Of a DNA stretch of 64,000 nt, positions 10,378 to 19,823 are shown piece by piece (position 1 is the first letter of the stretch; each line of letters begins with the position of its first letter). The DNA is from Thermodesulfobacteriota bacterium. GTDB taxonomy: Bacteria; Desulfobacterota; Binatia; Bin18. The notes under the pieces are model-generated. The model searched no databases. It had not been told where the DNA came from and worked only from the letters and a program-made list of their open reading frames with translations. The stretch lies in NCBI GenBank assembly GCA_964291405.2, contig OZ219926.1, forward strand, positions 2,816,001-2,880,000, written 5' to 3'. Both the position numbers and the translations under genes were made by a program.

Positions 10378-11127
10378 ATGAAACCTATTCTTATTCTCAA
10401 AACCGGAGAATTATCGCGGCGCATGATCTCGCAATTTGGCCGCGCGGAACAGGCTTTTTTTGATGTGCTAGGAGAAGAACGCTGTGCGGTGGTTGACGCG
10501 CGCAAGGAAACCCTGCCTGAACCGGATTGGGCTGGTATTGTTGTGACCGGCTCGATTGCCTCAGCCAACGATCCTGACCCCTGGATCGTAAAGAGCGAGG
10601 ATTTTCTGAAACGAGCTGCTGACCAGGCAGTTCCGATCTATGGCGTCTGTTTTGGGCATCAACATGTTGCCCGGACGTTTGGGGGTCGGGTTGAAAAAAA
10701 TCCTCGCGGCTGGGAGCTTGGTACGGCAACGGTCTCTTTGACTGAGGAGGGACAGCAGAACGAGCTTTTCTCGTCCGTACCCGAATCTTTTTTGGCTCAA
10801 GAGAGTCATGGAGAAATCGTAGCTGAGCTACCGCCCGGTGCGCGCGTGTTAGCCCATAATGACAACTGTGCCCATCAAGCATTTTCTCTTGACGATCGCA
10901 TCTGGGGTACCCAATTCCATCCGGAATATACGCCTGCGTATATGGAGGTATTGATCGCCCTCCACACCACCGCCCTGCCGCCTGAATCATTTCCGCACTG
11001 GCCTGTTGACGAGCACCCCCTTCAAGACTGGCTGCGCAAAACTGTTCGGAACACACCGGCAGCGCAGCGTTGTCTCACGAATTTTGCCTCGATTGTTATG
11101 GAGCGGCTACGGACGCAGGTAAGATAG
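10378..11127 (+). CDS. Class I glutamine amidotransferase-like hydrolase (TdnT/AtdA2-like)
   Basis: GVCFGHQ nucleophile elbow and QFHPE catalytic His-Glu. Confidence 0.88.
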   Translation: MKPILILKTGELSRRMISQFGRAEQAFFDVLGEERCAVVDARKETLPEPDWAGIVVTGSIASANDPDPWIVKSEDFLKRAADQAVPIYGVCFGHQHVARTFGGRVEKNPRGWELGTATVSLTEEGQQNELFSSVPESFLAQESHGEIVAELPPGARVLAHNDNCAHQAFSLDDRIWGTQFHPEYTPAYMEVLIALHTTALPPESFPHWPVDEHPLQDWLRKTVRNTPAAQRCLTNFASIVMERLRTQVR

Positions 11128-11850
11128 GCGCAGGCGGCCGGAGACAATCGCCTTGGTCGCCCGCTTTATGCCGTCCGAGTCATCAACGACCATCCACGGA
11201 CCCGAGTGAACAAAACTCTGTAGCGTTTCACCCCTGTGTATGAGCTGGGGATAGAGCTCGTGGGTTGTACTAAACGCGCGCCCCTCCGGCATATACTCAA
11301 AAATTCGTGGCTCCAACACCTGGCAGCCGGTAAACATGAACCGAGAAAGAGGTTCGTTGATCTCAATCTCGCTCGGCTCGCCTCGAATGCGCCGGACCGC
11401 GCCAGTCCGATCCGTTTCAATTAGGCCATACGTGGCCTCATTGGGATTCGATCTGAGCAGCAAGGTCCCAATGGCATGGGCCTGCTGGTGGGCGGCCAGG
11501 AAGGCGGTCAAATCGAAATCAAGGATCGTATCCGCATTCAAGACCAGAAACGGTTCACCGTCGAGAAACGGCTGGGCGTTCTTGATCCCGCCGCCAGTGT
11601 CCAGGATGGGGTCTTCCGGCGAATAGGTGATCCGCAGGCCGTAGGCACTTCCGTCGCCCAATGCGTCTCTGAGCAGATGCCCAAGATGGTGGAGGTTCAG
11701 CACGACCTCTTCGACGCCGTGGGATTTGACAAACAGGAGGGTGTATTCAATCAAGGGACGGCCGGCGACCGGCACCAGCGCTTTGGGAAGCGTATCCGTC
11801 AGCGGCCGCATCCGGGTCCCGAAGCCGGCCGCAAGAATCATGGCACGCAT
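11107..11850 (-). CDS. murU: Nucleotidyltransferase, MurU-like (MurNAc-1-P uridylyltransferase)
   Basis: AMILAAGFGTRMRPLT..PKAL, LDTGGGI, LNAD; translationally coupled to an upstream AmgK-like kinase. Confidence 0.7.
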   Translation of the reverse strand: MRAMILAAGFGTRMRPLTDTLPKALVPVAGRPLIEYTLLFVKSHGVEEVVLNLHHLGHLLRDALGDGSAYGLRITYSPEDPILDTGGGIKNAQPFLDGEPFLVLNADTILDFDLTAFLAAHQQAHAIGTLLLRSNPNEATYGLIETDRTGAVRRIRGEPSEIEINEPLSRFMFTGCQVLEPRIFEYMPEGRAFSTTHELYPQLIHRGETLQSFVHSGPWMVVDDSDGIKRATKAIVSGRLRLSYLRP

Positions 11851-12931
11851 CATGAGCCGGAGAAGTGCTCTGGAAAATGCTCCGCCAGAATGTCTTGCAG
11901 GTACCGATACTGCGGCAGACGGCCCAACACCCGGCGGATCGTTGCCAGTGTCGGCGGAATATAGCGCGTATAGCCGCTCTTGCCTTTTTCCAGCTCCAGA
12001 TAATAGAAACGACCGACAACCTTACAGGCTTTTTGGAGCAGGCACAGATTATACTCGTCCCACACGTATTCCGGTGCCAGCGAGTCACCGCCAGTGTGGT
12101 GCCACGCCTCGTGGTAGTAATTGACCAGCGCCTCTTCCAACTCCGGGGAGACGACTTCCGGCGTATCCCGGTCATTGAGCAGCGTGGCGAGATCATAGGT
12201 GGCCGGGGCGAGCAGGGCATCCTGAAAATCGATCACCCGGATGTGCTCCTGCTGCACGAATAAATTCCAACTGTGGTAATCGCGGTGGTTGAGAAAAAAG
12301 GTGGCCTGGTCGAGACGGGTGGAGATATCCTCAAAGATGCCACTCAGGGCCTGTGGGTCTCTGTCGGAGAGAGGGACTGCTTGCCGCGCTTGTCCAGGCC
12401 CCACTCGACAAAGTGCTCGAATTCCCACAAGAAGAGGCGCTTATCAAAGCGCTGCTGAAAGGCAATGCACCGCTCGTTTTTCTGACGGGTGCCCTCGATC
12501 TGGATGAGCAGCAACTGGTCGATGGCACGCCGATACCACTGTTCCACCTCGGCTCGGGGCACGTCCTGGACGGCATCACGCAAGGGCAGGTCGCCAATGT
12601 CTTCCAGGAGGAGAAAACCATCCTGATAGCCATCCGCGTAGAGCTCTGGGATACTCACTCCTAGAGGCTCAAGAAAGGCGTGCACGTTGAGATAGGGCAG
12701 CTCCTTGAGGGGTTCGTCGAATACGGCGAGCTCGTCCGATGAGAGCGCGAGACCACTTCCGGCCAGAATCATGACAACCGCCGAGGCCGGGCTGTCACCG
12801 CTCAGAGACAGCCGAACATAACTCCGGCTTGAGGCGTCTCCAGCCAGTGGATCAATCCGCGTAATCTGAGTTTCTCGCCCCCACTTTTCAGCAACGGCAG
12901 CGTCAAGCGCCTGGCGTAGTGTCACATCCAT
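11850..12931 (-). CDS. amgK: Aminoglycoside-phosphotransferase-family anomeric sugar kinase (AmgK-like), split by a frameshift near 12350-12360
   Basis: N-half GDASSRSYVR, LLLEDIGD; C-half in another frame HRDYHSWNL, VIDFQDA, YDLATLL; the halves join at ...SPTET|QALSGIF. Confidence 0.7.
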
Positions 12932-12941
12932 AGCTGACGAG

Positions 12942-12995
12942 AAAGAATGAACGTGTCCCGCTTTGATCGTGGTGGAAAGGACACGTTCATTCTTT
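12942..12995. repeat. 54-bp palindromic element, family A, copy 1
   Basis: Perfect 17-bp arms AAAGAATGAACGTGTCC / GGACACGTTCATTCTTT with a 20-nt spacer. Confidence 0.85.
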
Positions 12996-13083
12996 GTAAC
13001 AATCGGGTGAGGACTTGTCAAAAATGAACGTCCAGCACCAGCTCTGCGTTGCAAATCGTCTACGCCTGTGATGGAAAAAAGCA

Positions 13084-13314
13084 GTGGACTCTGACCTGGA
13101 TGTCACAGCATTATCGCACGACCAGCTGGTAACTCTGGTCTATGACTTGCGCCGGCAGCTGGCTGCCAGAGAGCGAGAAATCGCCCGGCTGCAACAGTCC
13201 GGTGCCGGGAAGTCCGCGCCGGGCGCTGAAGACCACGATGCGGAAGCAGAGCCGCCGCCCGGTACACAGGCGGCCCTCATGGCTCAGCTCGAGCAGATAT
13301 ACCCCGAAGACTAG
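13084..13314 (+). CDS. Small hypothetical coiled-coil protein
   Basis: 76 aa, GTG start, heptad-like LVTLVYDLRRQLAAREREIARL; fills the gap before the acyl-CoA dehydrogenase. Confidence 0.5.
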   Translation: MDSDLDVTALSHDQLVTLVYDLRRQLAAREREIARLQQSGAGKSAPGAEDHDAEAEPPPGTQAALMAQLEQIYPED

Positions 13315-13406
13315 GTCCGCCTTCACTCACAATACGCCCGCGTTCCCCTAATCTCTTTACCCTCAGATATGAAGCGGTTAAGGTAGGGCCGCGGAAGGAG
13401 ACGGGA

Positions 13407-14591
13407 ATGGATTTCAACTTTACCCCGGAAGAGGAGGCTTTCCGGCAAGAGCTGCGTACGTGGCTCCACAGCCATCTGCCTACGGGCTACGATCCTGAGC
13501 GTTTTGACGATATCGACGCGGACGCGCGCTTTGAGTATCAGCGGACGTGGCAAAAGACCGCTCACCAAGACCGTTGGGTGGGTATCCACTGGCCAGAGGA
13601 ATACGGAGGGCGCAACGCCAGCCTCATGGAGATGTTCATCTTCAATCAGGAGCTGCACCGAGTCCACGCCCCGCGGTTTGCCAATACGCTCGGGCTGATG
13701 ATGTCAGGTCCGACCCTGATTCATTGGGGGACTGAGGAGCAGAAGAAACGCTATCTGCCCCGGATTCTGTCTGGCGACGAAATTTGGTGTGAGGGACTGT
13801 CCGAGCCGGATGCGGGATCTGACCTGGCTTCGATGCAGACGCGAGCCGTAGAGGACGGCGACTATTTTGTGGTGAACGGCCAGAAAGTCTGGACCAGCTT
13901 TGCCCATCGGGCGGATTTCATCCAGCTCTTTGTCCGTACCGACCCCGACGCGCCCAAACACCGGGGGATAAGCTGTCTGGCCGTGGATATGAAAACGCCG
14001 GGAGTGACGGTTCGACCGCTGGTCCAGATGACGGGCGATTCCGAGTTCAACGAAGTCTTTTTTGAGGAAGTCCGGGTGCCCAAGACCAATCTGATCGGGC
14101 CCAAAAATGAAGGCTGGAAAGTCCTGGTCACCACCCTGATGCACGAACGCGCCGGGATTGGATCAGGCTTGCCCGTTCACCGTCAGTTCTCCGAGTTGCT
14201 CAAGGTCAGCAAAGAAGTGGAAATCAACGGTCGGCCCGCCTGTGAGGACCCTGCCGTGCGTCAGCAGTTGGCGCAGTTTGCCATTGAATGCAAAGCCATC
14301 ACCTACAATATGTTCCGCAGCTTCAGCAAACGCCTCAAAGGCAATCCGCCCGGACCGGAGGGATCGGTCAATAAGCTCGCCGGCTCGGAACTCAATATGC
14401 AGCTCGCCCGGTTTGCCACCGAGCTGCTCGGACCCTACGCCCAGCTTACGCAAGGCTCACACTACACGATTGATAACGGTCGCTGGCCGCGCGCCGCGTT
14501 GTGGTACCGTTTACTGACGATTGGTGGCGGAACCTCGGAAATACAGAAGAATATTTTGGGTGACCGGGTGCTCGGCCTGCCAAAAGGTTGA
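13407..14591 (+). CDS. Acyl-CoA dehydrogenase (FadE-like)
   Basis: WCEGLSEPDAGSDLAS, NGQKVWTS, FNEVFF, TIGGGTSEIQKN. Confidence 0.93.
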   Translation: MDFNFTPEEEAFRQELRTWLHSHLPTGYDPERFDDIDADARFEYQRTWQKTAHQDRWVGIHWPEEYGGRNASLMEMFIFNQELHRVHAPRFANTLGLMMSGPTLIHWGTEEQKKRYLPRILSGDEIWCEGLSEPDAGSDLASMQTRAVEDGDYFVVNGQKVWTSFAHRADFIQLFVRTDPDAPKHRGISCLAVDMKTPGVTVRPLVQMTGDSEFNEVFFEEVRVPKTNLIGPKNEGWKVLVTTLMHERAGIGSGLPVHRQFSELLKVSKEVEINGRPACEDPAVRQQLAQFAIECKAITYNMFRSFSKRLKGNPPGPEGSVNKLAGSELNMQLARFATELLGPYAQLTQGSHYTIDNGRWPRAALWYRLLTIGGGTSEIQKNILGDRVLGLPKG

Positions 14592-14623
14592 GGCTGCCAG
14601 GCCGCACCGTGAATCCATACACG

Positions 14624-14659
14624 AGGAGGCATCAGCATGGGAAAGCTTGACGGAAAAGT
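14624..14659 (+). repeat. 36-bp direct repeat, copy 1 (RBS plus first codons)
   Basis: AGGAGGCATCAGCATGGGAAAGCTTGACGGAAAAGT, identical at 16855-16890. Confidence 0.9.
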
Positions 14660-16787
14660 TGCTGTTGTCTCTGGTGGGGAAGAAAAATCCGTGGCCATGA
14701 TGCACTCCACGTACGACGCACCGACGCAGACGGTCGCCCTGCCGCCGGCATTGGCGAACATGAACAGCAATGTGCTGGATGACGCAATCCTGAAGAAGCT
14801 GGTCGACCCAGACATCTATTACGCTTTTGCGCGCTGTCGGGCGACCGGACTGCCGATGGACAAGGAGGATGCGAACGCGCTGGCGGAATCCATCCGGGAG
14901 TGGGCTCAGTCAAAGGGTTGCATCGGGTATTCGCACTGGTTCTCGCCGATGCGAGGACCGATTCACGGAGAGAAGCTCGAGACGTTCGTGGCGGTGGATT
15001 TCGCGACCGATCGGTTGATTATCAACCTGACCGGCTCTGAGCTGTTTCAGACTGAGACCGATGGGTCGTCGTTTCCAAACGGGGAGCTGCGCGAAACACA
15101 TAAGGCGGCGGCCTATATCGGCTGGGACACTGGATCTCCGCCCTTCGTCTACCGGGAGACGCTATATATCCCGTCTGCCTTTGTTTCCTGGACCGGCGAG
15201 GCGCTCGACCAAAAAACTCCGCTGTTGCGTGCCGACCTTGCAGTCGACGAGCAGAGCATGCGGCTGTTGGCACATCTCGGCGACACCGACACCCAGCAGG
15301 TCGTGTGCAATGTTGGTTGGGAGCAGGAGTTCTTTTTGATTGACCGAGAAAAATACTTAGCACGTCCAGACCTAGTGGCCACAGGACGCACTCTGCTGGG
15401 GGCCGCGCCGCTGCGCGGTCAGGAACTGTCGACCAACTATTTTGCTAGACTGTCGCCACGGGTGAACCGCTATATGGCCGAGGCGCGCGAGAAGATGTGG
15501 GAACTCGGGATTTCGATCCACTGCACCCACAACGAGGTCGCGCCAGCGCAACATGAGATATCGCCGATCTTCAATCTGGCCAACCTCGCCGCGGACACCA
15601 ATGTGCTGGCGATGGATGTGCTCCGCGACTTGGCCTTCGATCATGGTTTCGTCATCCTCTTCCATGAAAAGCCGTTTGCCGGCATCAACGGAAGCGGCAA
15701 ACACAACAACTGGGGCCTGAACACCGATACCGGTGTCAACCTGTTCGTGCCAGGGGACACCGAAAACGATAACCGCCGCTTCATCGCGTTTGTCGCAGCC
15801 CTGTTGCGTGGGGTGAACAAGCATGGCGACTTGCTGCGTTGTGGGGTGTCGACCGCCGGTAACGATCACCGGTTGGGTGCGCAGGAGGCGCCACCAGCGA
15901 TCATCACGCTCCACCTCGGCGAGCGCCTGGAAGCGCACGTGAAGAAGGTCGCCGAGGGCGGTAAATTCACCGCCTACGAAACGCAGCACAAGCAGATCGA
16001 GATATCGGCGCCAGTGGCCGACATCCGGGCCAGTCTGGAAGACCGCAACCGCACCGCGCCATTCCCTTGGTGCGGTAACCGGTTCGAGTTTCGCGCGGTG
16101 GGTGGAAACCAGCATATCGCCTTCCCGCTGACGATGGTCAACGCGGCGCTAGCGGACAGCCTGAAGCATATGTGCGATGAGATCGAAGCCGGCAAGGAAG
16201 TTGATCAAGTCATCCGTGAAACCATCAAGCAGAATCAGGGCGCCCTCTTCAGTGGAAACGGCTACTCCGAGGAGTTGTATGCACACGCCGAAAAATCTAC
16301 CCTGATCCACCTGAAGAGCAGCCCCGAGGCATACCAGGCGCTGACGTCGGCCAAGAATGTCAAGCTCTTTGGTGACTTGGGTATCTTCAACGAACGAGAG
16401 ATTGCGGCGCGTCAGGGCGTCCTCCAAGAAGCCTACGCGACGGAGCTTTGGATCGAGGCACGGACTCTCCTGAATATCCTGCGGACCCTGATCATTCCCG
16501 TCGCCATCGAGGATGCCCGTGTGGGCACCGAATCTGGCTATTCGTCCAAGCTTTTCGACGAAAAGGCGAATCTCGTTCAGCAATTGCTGACTGAAACCGA
16601 AAAACTGGCTGTGGCGTTCGACGACTTTCCCGACGATGATCCTGTGCAATCGGCGTCTTACGCCCACGAAACTATAAAACCGCTGATGCAGTCCGCAAGG
16701 ACCGTAGCGGATCGGCTGGAAGCGGTAGTGGATGGCCGCCTCTGGCCATTGCCGACCTATTCCGAGTTGCTGCACGGGCATCAATGA
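14637..16787 (+). CDS. Glutamine synthetase type III (GlnN-like)
   Basis: 716 aa; SHWFSP, ETDGSSFPNG, GWEQEFFL, HNEVAPAQHE, HEKPFAGINGSGKHNNW, HRLGAQEAPPAI, DRNRT, NRFEFRAVG, WPLPTYSELL. Confidence 0.92.
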   Translation: MGKLDGKVAVVSGGEEKSVAMMHSTYDAPTQTVALPPALANMNSNVLDDAILKKLVDPDIYYAFARCRATGLPMDKEDANALAESIREWAQSKGCIGYSHWFSPMRGPIHGEKLETFVAVDFATDRLIINLTGSELFQTETDGSSFPNGELRETHKAAAYIGWDTGSPPFVYRETLYIPSAFVSWTGEALDQKTPLLRADLAVDEQSMRLLAHLGDTDTQQVVCNVGWEQEFFLIDREKYLARPDLVATGRTLLGAAPLRGQELSTNYFARLSPRVNRYMAEAREKMWELGISIHCTHNEVAPAQHEISPIFNLANLAADTNVLAMDVLRDLAFDHGFVILFHEKPFAGINGSGKHNNWGLNTDTGVNLFVPGDTENDNRRFIAFVAALLRGVNKHGDLLRCGVSTAGNDHRLGAQEAPPAIITLHLGERLEAHVKKVAEGGKFTAYETQHKQIEISAPVADIRASLEDRNRTAPFPWCGNRFEFRAVGGNQHIAFPLTMVNAALADSLKHMCDEIEAGKEVDQVIRETIKQNQGALFSGNGYSEELYAHAEKSTLIHLKSSPEAYQALTSAKNVKLFGDLGIFNEREIAARQGVLQEAYATELWIEARTLLNILRTLIIPVAIEDARVGTESGYSSKLFDEKANLVQQLLTETEKLAVAFDDFPDDDPVQSASYAHETIKPLMQSARTVADRLEAVVDGRLWPLPTYSELLHGHQ

Positions 16788-16824
16788 CCCAGTGAGAACA
16801 CACACTGCCAAAGGGATAAGATTG

Positions 16825-16845
16825 GTAGGGGCTCCGTGTCCCTAC
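16825..16845. repeat. Short GTAG-type REP-like hairpin
   Basis: GTAGGGGC-TCCGT-GTCCCTAC in the GSIII-SDR intergenic region. Confidence 0.4.
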
Positions 16846-16854
16846 AGAAAAAGA

Positions 16855-16890
16855 AGGAGGCATCAGCATGGGAAAGCTTGACGGAAAAGT
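16855..16890 (+). repeat. 36-bp direct repeat, copy 2
   Basis: Identical to 14624-14659; forms the native RBS and start of the SDR. Confidence 0.9.
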
Positions 16891-17764
16891 GGCAGTCGTC
16901 ACCGGCTCGGGCCGGGGTATTGGGCGGGGTATTGTCCAACTCATGGCCAAAGAAGGGGCGAAGGTCGTGGTGAACGACCTGGGCGGCAGTGTCGACGGCG
17001 AGGGGGAAAATAAAGCTCCGGCGCAGCAGGTGGTTGAAGAAATACAGGCGGCAGGCGGAGAGGCCGTGGCCAACACGGACAATATTGCCACCGTGCAGGG
17101 TGGAGAAAACCTGATTCAGACCGCAGTGGATGCGTTTGGTCAGCTCGACATTCTGGTCAACTGCGCCGGTATCCTGCGCGACCGGATGATCTTCAATATG
17201 ACCGAAGAAGAGTGGGATGCGGTGGTGGCAGTCCATCTCAAGGGTCACTACTGTACGATTCGTCCGGCATCGGCCCTGATGCGTCGCCAGAAGAGCGGGC
17301 GGATTATCAACTTCTCTTCCGGGTCTGCCCTGGGTGCTCCGGGACAGCCGAACTACGCTGCGGCAAAGGCCGGCATCCTTGGACTGACGTATAGCAGCGC
17401 CAACGCCCTGGCAAAATATAATATTACCTGCAACGCTATACTGCCCGGCGCAGCCACCCGCATGACCGATACGATTCCGGCCAACTTTGCGCAGGAAATG
17501 GGCTTGTCGGAGAGCAGTGGTGCTGCCCAGGGGAGTCCGCTTGATCCCTCCAACGTGGCTCCGATCGTTATTTTCCTGGCCAGCGATGAAGCCCAATATG
17601 TCAACGGGCAGGCCTTTGGGGCGAGTGGCTATAAAATCTCTCTGTATTCCCATCTCAAGCCCGAAAGGACGATTTACAGTCAGGGGCCGTGGGACCTCGA
17701 TCATCTCTTCAAAGTCTTCAAGGGCACCTTGGGCTCCAATCTGAAGCCCCCGCGTATGGAGTGA
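16868..17764 (+). CDS. Short-chain dehydrogenase/reductase (3-hydroxyacyl-CoA dehydrogenase/MFE-2-like)
   Basis: TGSGRGIG, VVVNDLGG, NCAGILRD, NYAAAK. Confidence 0.92.
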   Translation: MGKLDGKVAVVTGSGRGIGRGIVQLMAKEGAKVVVNDLGGSVDGEGENKAPAQQVVEEIQAAGGEAVANTDNIATVQGGENLIQTAVDAFGQLDILVNCAGILRDRMIFNMTEEEWDAVVAVHLKGHYCTIRPASALMRRQKSGRIINFSSGSALGAPGQPNYAAAKAGILGLTYSSANALAKYNITCNAILPGAATRMTDTIPANFAQEMGLSESSGAAQGSPLDPSNVAPIVIFLASDEAQYVNGQAFGASGYKISLYSHLKPERTIYSQGPWDLDHLFKVFKGTLGSNLKPPRME

Positions 17765-17843
17765 TGCTCGAAGTGTGCTATGCTGGCGGCCAGCCCGACG
17801 CACTTACGGGCGGGTCTCTGGCAACGTTTGTGGAACGGCACTC

Positions 17844-17889
17844 AGGGCACGAGGATCAAACGGAGGTATCCTCGTGCCCTTCTTTTTTT
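17844..17889 (+). terminator. Intrinsic terminator
   Basis: 13-bp stem AGGGCACGAGGAT / ATCCTCGTGCCCT followed by TCTTTTTTT. Confidence 0.7.
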
Positions 17890-17903
17890 GAGGAGGAAAG
17901 GAC

Positions 17904-18443
17904 ATGCAGGCCAGACGGTACGGGAACGGGAAGAGACGGACTCTCTTCACGACAGTGAGTCTGGCGCTCATGCTGATCATCTTCGGACCTGCCCCTGGAG
18001 ACGCGCAGGAGACGGTTGCTGACGGCAAGCGCGTGTCGCTCGAATATACCGTGACATTTGAAGATAAGACGGTCTTTGACTCGAACGTCGGCAAGGAGCC
18101 GCTGGTGTATATCCATGGCTCAGAGAAACGAGTCCCTTTCTTCTCCAAGCATCTGACCGGACTCAAGGCGCAAGAGACGAAACAGTTCGCCATGCCGCCT
18201 GAGGACGTCTACGGCCCGGACGATCCTGAACGGATTCTCGAAGTGCCGAAAGACAGTATTCCTGAAGACCGGCGGAAAGTCGGTGAGAAGCTGGAGGGAA
18301 GAAGTCCAGAGGGCCGGCCACTCTATGCGGAGGTTCTCGAGGTCAAGGCGGAGACGGTGGTCATCGATACCAACCATCCGCTCGCCGGAGAGACATTATT
18401 CTTCGATGTGAAAATACTGCAGGTGGAGACAGCGTCTGAGTAG
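17904..18443 (+). CDS. FKBP-type peptidyl-prolyl isomerase (SlyD-like) with signal peptide, paralog 1
   Basis: VSLEYT, FDSN...PLVYIHG, DTNHPLAGETLFFDVKIL; N-terminal basic plus hydrophobic segment. Confidence 0.88.
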   Translation: MQARRYGNGKRRTLFTTVSLALMLIIFGPAPGDAQETVADGKRVSLEYTVTFEDKTVFDSNVGKEPLVYIHGSEKRVPFFSKHLTGLKAQETKQFAMPPEDVYGPDDPERILEVPKDSIPEDRRKVGEKLEGRSPEGRPLYAEVLEVKAETVVIDTNHPLAGETLFFDVKILQVETASE

Positions 18444-18518
18444 CAGTGAGGCCTTTGCTCCATGGCGATAAATCCAATAGCGAACACAATACGGACGATA
18501 GAAGGAAGGATATTCTCG

Positions 18519-19097
18519 ATGGAAACGACACGCTATAGGCAGGGAAAACGGAGAATTTTTATTATCACGCTCGGTCTTGGGTTCCTGTTGGTGACCTCAG
18601 GCTACGCCCAAGACACGGTCGGCGAGGGTAAGCGCGTATCGCTCGAATATACGCTCACCCTCGAAGACCAGACGGTTATTGATACGAATGTGGGGAAAGA
18701 CCCATTAGTCTATACGCATGGTGCCCAGGATATCATTCCGGGCCTGGAGAAACAGCTGATAGGCTTAAAAGTCGGGGATACCAAGAACGTCGAAGTCGCG
18801 CCTGCGGACGGGTATGGCGAGGTTGACCCGAGTCGTGTCCAAGAAGTGCCCAAGGAGAATATCCCCGAAGAGGCGTGGGGTGTCGGAAAAAGACTCCAAG
18901 GACAAGGCCCGGATGGCGGGATGATATTTGCCGAAGTCACGGAGGTGAAGGAGAACACAGTTATTGTTGATCTGAATCATCCGATGGCCGGCAAGACGTT
19001 GTTCTTTGCCGTCAAAGTCCTCAAGATTGAAACAGCCGAGGCGCAAAAGGTGGAGATGCCGGGGATGCCATCGGCCCCCGCAGAAGCGGGAGAATAG
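18519..19097 (+). CDS. FKBP-type peptidyl-prolyl isomerase (SlyD-like) with signal peptide, paralog 2
   Basis: VSLEYTL, IIPGLEKQL.G, P.DGYG, DLNHPMAGKTLFF; signal ending GYA-Q. Confidence 0.9.
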   Translation: METTRYRQGKRRIFIITLGLGFLLVTSGYAQDTVGEGKRVSLEYTLTLEDQTVIDTNVGKDPLVYTHGAQDIIPGLEKQLIGLKVGDTKNVEVAPADGYGEVDPSRVQEVPKENIPEEAWGVGKRLQGQGPDGGMIFAEVTEVKENTVIVDLNHPMAGKTLFFAVKVLKIETAEAQKVEMPGMPSAPAEAGE

Positions 19098-19185
19098 ATA
19101 GCCAGGAACCATCCCCTGAGCAAGACTGACGGGGGACCGTGGTAGCGGTTCCGTTTCCCGCTTTTCCTGGCTAGACTAAAAGGTC

Positions 19186-19809
19186 ATGGCGGAGCATTCG
19201 GTCAAGACAACAGCCCTCCTTCCGTCCGACCACCGGCCGTTTAATTTTGCCCACCTCCTTACCAGCGTGCGACTCGTCCTGACCCCGGTGTTTCTCCTCG
19301 CTATTGAATGCAGCATACAGCAGCCAAGTCTGTTCCGCACGGGCTGTGTGGGTGGGCTCTTTGTGGTGATCTGCGCCAGCGATTACTATGACGGTCCGAT
19401 TGCCAGGGCGCTGGGCTTGAGTTCGGACTGGGGCAAGATACTCGATAATCTGGCGGATATCACCTTCCTGCTCGTGACCCTGACCTATTTGGCGTATAGC
19501 GGTATCGTGCCGTGGTGGATTCCGTGTGCGGTTGGCTGCGCCTTTGGCCAGTATACGCTTGACTCGTGGTGGCTCTCCAGACGAGACACGGCTATCGCGC
19601 TCGTGTCCAATCCCATCGGCCACTGGGCGGGTGTGCTGAATTATGTCGGCACCGGTCTGATGGCATGCCACGCCGCCCTCCAGCGGCAGCTTCTTCCCTT
19701 CCCTCTTGACCAGGCTGTGCTCTTCTTGTGGCTCGGCTATCTGTTACTGGCAATGGGCATGCGATTCCGGTTTTTTTGCCGTGCGCAACGGACGATTATT
19801 CACAACTAG
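19186..19809 (+). CDS. CDP-alcohol phosphatidyltransferase family protein
   Basis: D(x)2DG(x)2AR...G(x)3D(x)3D: SDYYDGPIARALGLSSDWGKILDNLAD; multi-pass membrane. Confidence 0.88.
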   Translation: MAEHSVKTTALLPSDHRPFNFAHLLTSVRLVLTPVFLLAIECSIQQPSLFRTGCVGGLFVVICASDYYDGPIARALGLSSDWGKILDNLADITFLLVTLTYLAYSGIVPWWIPCAVGCAFGQYTLDSWWLSRRDTAIALVSNPIGHWAGVLNYVGTGLMACHAALQRQLLPFPLDQAVLFLWLGYLLLAMGMRFRFFCRAQRTIIHN

Positions 19810-19823
19810 CGCGTACATTATCT

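Noticed and set aside
17765-17843. Named riboswitch upstream of the PPIases
   Set aside because: I could not match it to any riboswitch consensus by eye; only the terminator is supported
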